Source of the DNA: Gonapodya sp. JEL0774
Taxonomy: Eukaryota
Length of the DNA: 35,956 nucleotides
Assembly (NCBI GenBank): GCA_027604505.1
Contig: JADIIX010000184.1
Location: 1 to 35,956 of the forward strand
Direction of reading: 5' to 3'
Positions 35,801-35,956 of this stretch are shown here, in pieces. Position numbers and translations under genes: made by a program. Within the stretch, counting starts at the first letter, position 1. Every line of letters starts with the position of its first letter. Under the pieces are notes generated by a model. It made no database searches, was not told the origin of the DNA, and saw only the letters and a program-made list of their open reading frames with translations.

Positions 35801-35956
35801 CAGCAACAACAGGGGATGGGCGGGATGGGGAGTATGGGGATGGGCCAGATCCCGGCGACCAACCCCAACGCACCGTACGCGAGTATGTTTAGCAATGGGA
35901 AGACGTATACAGTGGTGCAGGCGTATGCGCTGAGTGGGGGGGTGGTGGGGTAGAGG
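32887..35956 (+). CDS. Type I membrane protein (3'-partial): signal peptide, Cys-containing ectodomain, Ser/Thr/Ala stalk, TM, Gly/Met/Gln-rich tail, probable start of an SH3 domain
   Basis: MSPTPTLTRAVALCLPLLSLALSASA signal at 32887. Exons 32887-33067, 33300-33659, 34136-~34308 and ~34652-34725 give VYSSQNCSGAPD, LTCHPSTLVSSEAWLAHDTCTP and DPSCT..GGCF. ORF 35111-35953 gives the stalk, TM AIAGIAVGGAAGVILLGGGLYML and GKTYTVVQA(Y). The internal joins at 34300-35010 are uncertain. Confidence 0.65.
34110..34131. other. Assembly gap (22 N) in a C-rich intron
   Basis: Run of n flanked by poly-C tracts. Confidence 0.98.

Noticed and set aside
34316..35809. 497-aa minus-strand ORF and many other long overlapping ORFs (e.g. 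3026-4060, 32967-34352, 31918-33165 5' part)
   Set aside because: Shadow frames or intron read-through in GC-rich, stop-poor low-complexity DNA; no domain signal.
1..35956. CRISPR arrays, rRNA, tRNA, transposase/RT genes, prokaryotic operons
   Set aside because: No repeat-spacer arrays, RNA gene signatures or transposase/RT motifs recognised; the sequence is spliceosomal-intron-rich eukaryotic DNA.

Overview
Intron-rich eukaryotic DNA with short GT-AG introns and one 22-N gap. It most likely comes from a zoosporic (chytrid/monoblepharid-like) fungus; this is inferred from gene content, not proven. Most ORF-track entries are shadow frames or exon fragments. Manual splicing supports nine genes: (1) a TTC6-like TPR protein (+, ~1667-9845); (2) a tandem-CCCH zinc-finger protein (-, ~13974-10623); (3) a Naa50-like GNAT (+, 14374-15653); (4) a six-exon type I membrane protein (+, 16523-20356) with signal peptide, a catalytically dead CE4/NodB chitin-deacetylase-like domain, Ser/Thr stalk, TM helix and cytoplasmic SH3; (5) a PY-motif protein with a dead LRAT/NlpC-P60-like domain (+, 21313-21971); (6,7) two tandem BTB-BACK paralogs (-, 22690-25135 and 26313-28607); (8) a small Gly/Ala-rich protein (-, 31373-32304); (9) a second signal peptide/Cys-rich/stalk/TM/probable SH3 protein running off the window (+, 32887->35956). 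The best novelty candidates are the two adjacent pseudoenzymes, neither visible intact in the ORF track. All domain calls come from motif recognition by eye and need HMM or structure confirmation.
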